From Candidatus Micrarchaeota archaeon (GTDB taxonomy: Archaea > Micrarchaeota > Micrarchaeia > Norongarragalinales > SBBD01), in assembly GCA_043806595.1 (NCBI GenBank), contig JAZDGU010000017.1:1-15139 (forward strand): a DNA stretch of 15,139 bases, written 5' to 3'. Below the pieces are notes generated by a model. It had not been told where the DNA came from and searched no databases. It saw nothing but the letters and a program-made list of their open reading frames with translations. The position numbers and the translations under genes are program-made. Of the stretch, positions 14,859-15,139 are shown piece after piece (position 1 is the stretch's first letter; each line of letters begins with the position of its first letter).

Positions 14859-15139
14859 ATGGACTCGCGCGAGCGCCTCTATTACTGGCTGCTGACGGCC
14901 ACCAAGGGGGGTCCGACGCGGCTGCGGCTGCTCGCACTGCTGGAGCGCAGGCCGATGAATGCGCGCCAGCTCTCGCTTGCCGCGGGGCTGGACTACAAGA
15001 CGGTCCAGCATCATTTGGACCGGCTCTACGAGAACGGCCTAATCGAGGTGCAGGGCTCCGGCTACGGCAAGGCGTACTTCGCGAGCGACGAATTCGAGGC
15101 CAAGAAAGGCTTCATCGAGAAAATAACTTCAAGGGGTAG
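14859..15139 (+). CDS. Archaeal ArsR-family winged-helix transcriptional regulator (runs off the window end)
   Basis: ATG directly follows the PduO stop. Reads MDSRERLYYWLLTATKGGPTRLRLLALLERRPMNARQLSLAAGLDYKTVQHHLDRLYENGLIEVQGSGYGKAYF..., matching the archaeal T[RK]GG..R / LDYKTV.HHL / YG..YF family. Not in the ORF track. Confidence 0.88.
   Translation, partial: MDSRERLYYWLLTATKGGPTRLRLLALLERRPMNARQLSLAAGLDYKTVQHHLDRLYENGLIEVQGSGYGKAYFASDEFEAKKGFIEKITSRG

Noticed and set aside
14846..15139. 97-aa ORF-track entry at the window end
   Set aside because: Wrong frame; the ArsR-family gene starting at 14859 explains this region.
1..15139. CRISPR array, tRNA, rRNA or integrase
   Set aside because: No regularly spaced repeats, cloverleaf or recombinase motifs were seen; intergenic gaps are short and explained by promoters.

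Overview
GC-rich prokaryotic window that reads as archaeal: TTTA[A/T]A-type boxes sit about 25-35 nt before start codons, and it carries an archaeal-type ArsR regulator and a UPF0175/PIN pair. A DPANN lineage such as Micrarchaeota is plausible but is inference. In order: the right end of an IS66 (ISBst12-like) element; a ~1337-aa secreted modular protein with an apparently inactive gingipain/C25-like domain; a small Cys-rich membrane protein; and an isoprenoid cluster with diphosphomevalonate decarboxylase, an ERG8-type phosphomevalonate kinase and type-2 IPP isomerase, interrupted by a hicBA module. Then follow an orphan fusion of a SpoT/Mesh1-like HD domain and a kinase-like domain, a membrane protein, a SufT/DUF59 protein and a geranylgeranyl-reductase-family gene. 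The last ~43 bp of that gene recur on the far side of an inserted UPF0175-PIN toxin-antitoxin cassette. The window ends with an Arg-rich orphan, a PduO-type cobalamin adenosyltransferase and a truncated ArsR-family regulator. All calls rest on reading motifs by eye; no database searches were run.
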